Position numbers and translations under genes: made by a program
The notes under the pieces: model-generated
What the model was told of the DNA's origin: nothing
The model's database searches: none
The model's input: only the letters and a program-made list of their open reading frames with translations
Source of the DNA: Zygnema circumcarinatum SAG 698-1b
Lineage: Eukaryota; Plantae; Zygnematophyceae
Assembly (NCBI GenBank): GCA_037447605.1
Contig: CM074823.1
Location: 1,302,001 to 1,366,000, forward strand
DNA length: 64,000 nt
Direction of reading: 5' to 3'
In this document: piece after piece, positions 63,195-64,000 of the stretch
Numbering within the stretch: position 1 is the stretch's first letter
Layout: each line of letters starts with the position of its first letter

Positions 63195-64000
63195 CTGCAT
63201 CACATCACCCCGACACCAGCGACATAACATCAATACATCACTCAGGATAGGGACAACGGTTGGGTGTGACAGCGATGACATAAGGCAGAAGATAAGGAAC
63301 ACAGAAGAGAAGGGAAATAAGGGTTTTTAGGGTTTTTAGGGTTTCTAGGGTTCTTACTAACCCCGATTAGGGTTAGGTACACCCTCTCCCATGTCCCAGT
63401 ACACACAAAAGGTGTGCCTGCTATAAGAAGCGAAGAGGAGAGTCGAAGATCAGGGGTAAGGGAAAGAAAGAGAGAGGAATTAGTGGAATATCACTCGTTT
63501 TCTCTCCCTCTCTCTCTCACACTTCCCCCCCCCCGCCCCTACCACATCCCAGACTGTTACTAACCCTAAAAATCTAACAAAAGAACCCAAAACTCCTTTT
63601 AGAAGGAATGTGAAAAAGAACACTCCAAATATTCAAAAGGACGAAATTTAGAAATGTGGAAAAAGAGCCGCAAAAGTCAAAAAAACCAAACCGAGAGAGT
63701 CTATGTATTCTGTATCTGTGTCTGTCTATCTCAACCACAACACGCGGAGTATATGCCACGTCATAGCACAAACACAAAACCAACATTTCTGCAGGAAAAG
63801 CAAACGACGAAAGAAGTAGAAGCCAGAATTGCCACATCACAATGACATTTTTTTTGCCTTTTCTGCAATTTTCTGCATCGTTTAAGAGAGAGGAGATCCT
63901 TGCAACAACTAGAAACAATTCAAAAGTTCCAACACTGTCCCTCCCCACACACTCCTACTCCTATCCTATTCCTCAGACTCTCCTGCTACCTCTCTCCCAC

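Overview
This is a eukaryotic, intron-rich draft scaffold with about 14 10-N gaps and one 100-N gap (51476-51575). Plant-type genes, CT/GA-microsatellite introns and TTTAGGG-like motifs suggest a streptophyte green alga (Zygnematophyceae-like); this is an inference. Genes whose exons I could splice in frame by hand: one RWP-RK transcription factor (-), two paralogous GT14 (GlcAT14-like) glycosyltransferases (+, ~20 kb apart), two convergent EXORDIUM/PHI-1-like genes that unusually end in a transmembrane helix and short cytoplasmic tail (plus orphan 3' exons of a third), three CipC/DUF3759-like small genes (one cut by the gap) and a partial DUF2358 gene. A Ty3/Gypsy chromovirus spans 15981-22746 (Gag zinc knuckle, PR, RT, RNase H, IN, chromodomain, PPT, 1.4-kb 3' LTR). 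It carries an extra ~140-aa segment before the protease that resembles a degenerate DIRS/Dam-like N6-adenine methyltransferase, and its LTR has unusually long inverted termini. The rest is a dense, nested mix of MITEs (hAT-, Tc1/mariner- and PIF/Harbinger-like), ~1-kb foldback elements and micro/minisatellites. Four near-identical duplications at N gaps are most likely assembly artefacts. All family calls come from motif recognition, not database searches.
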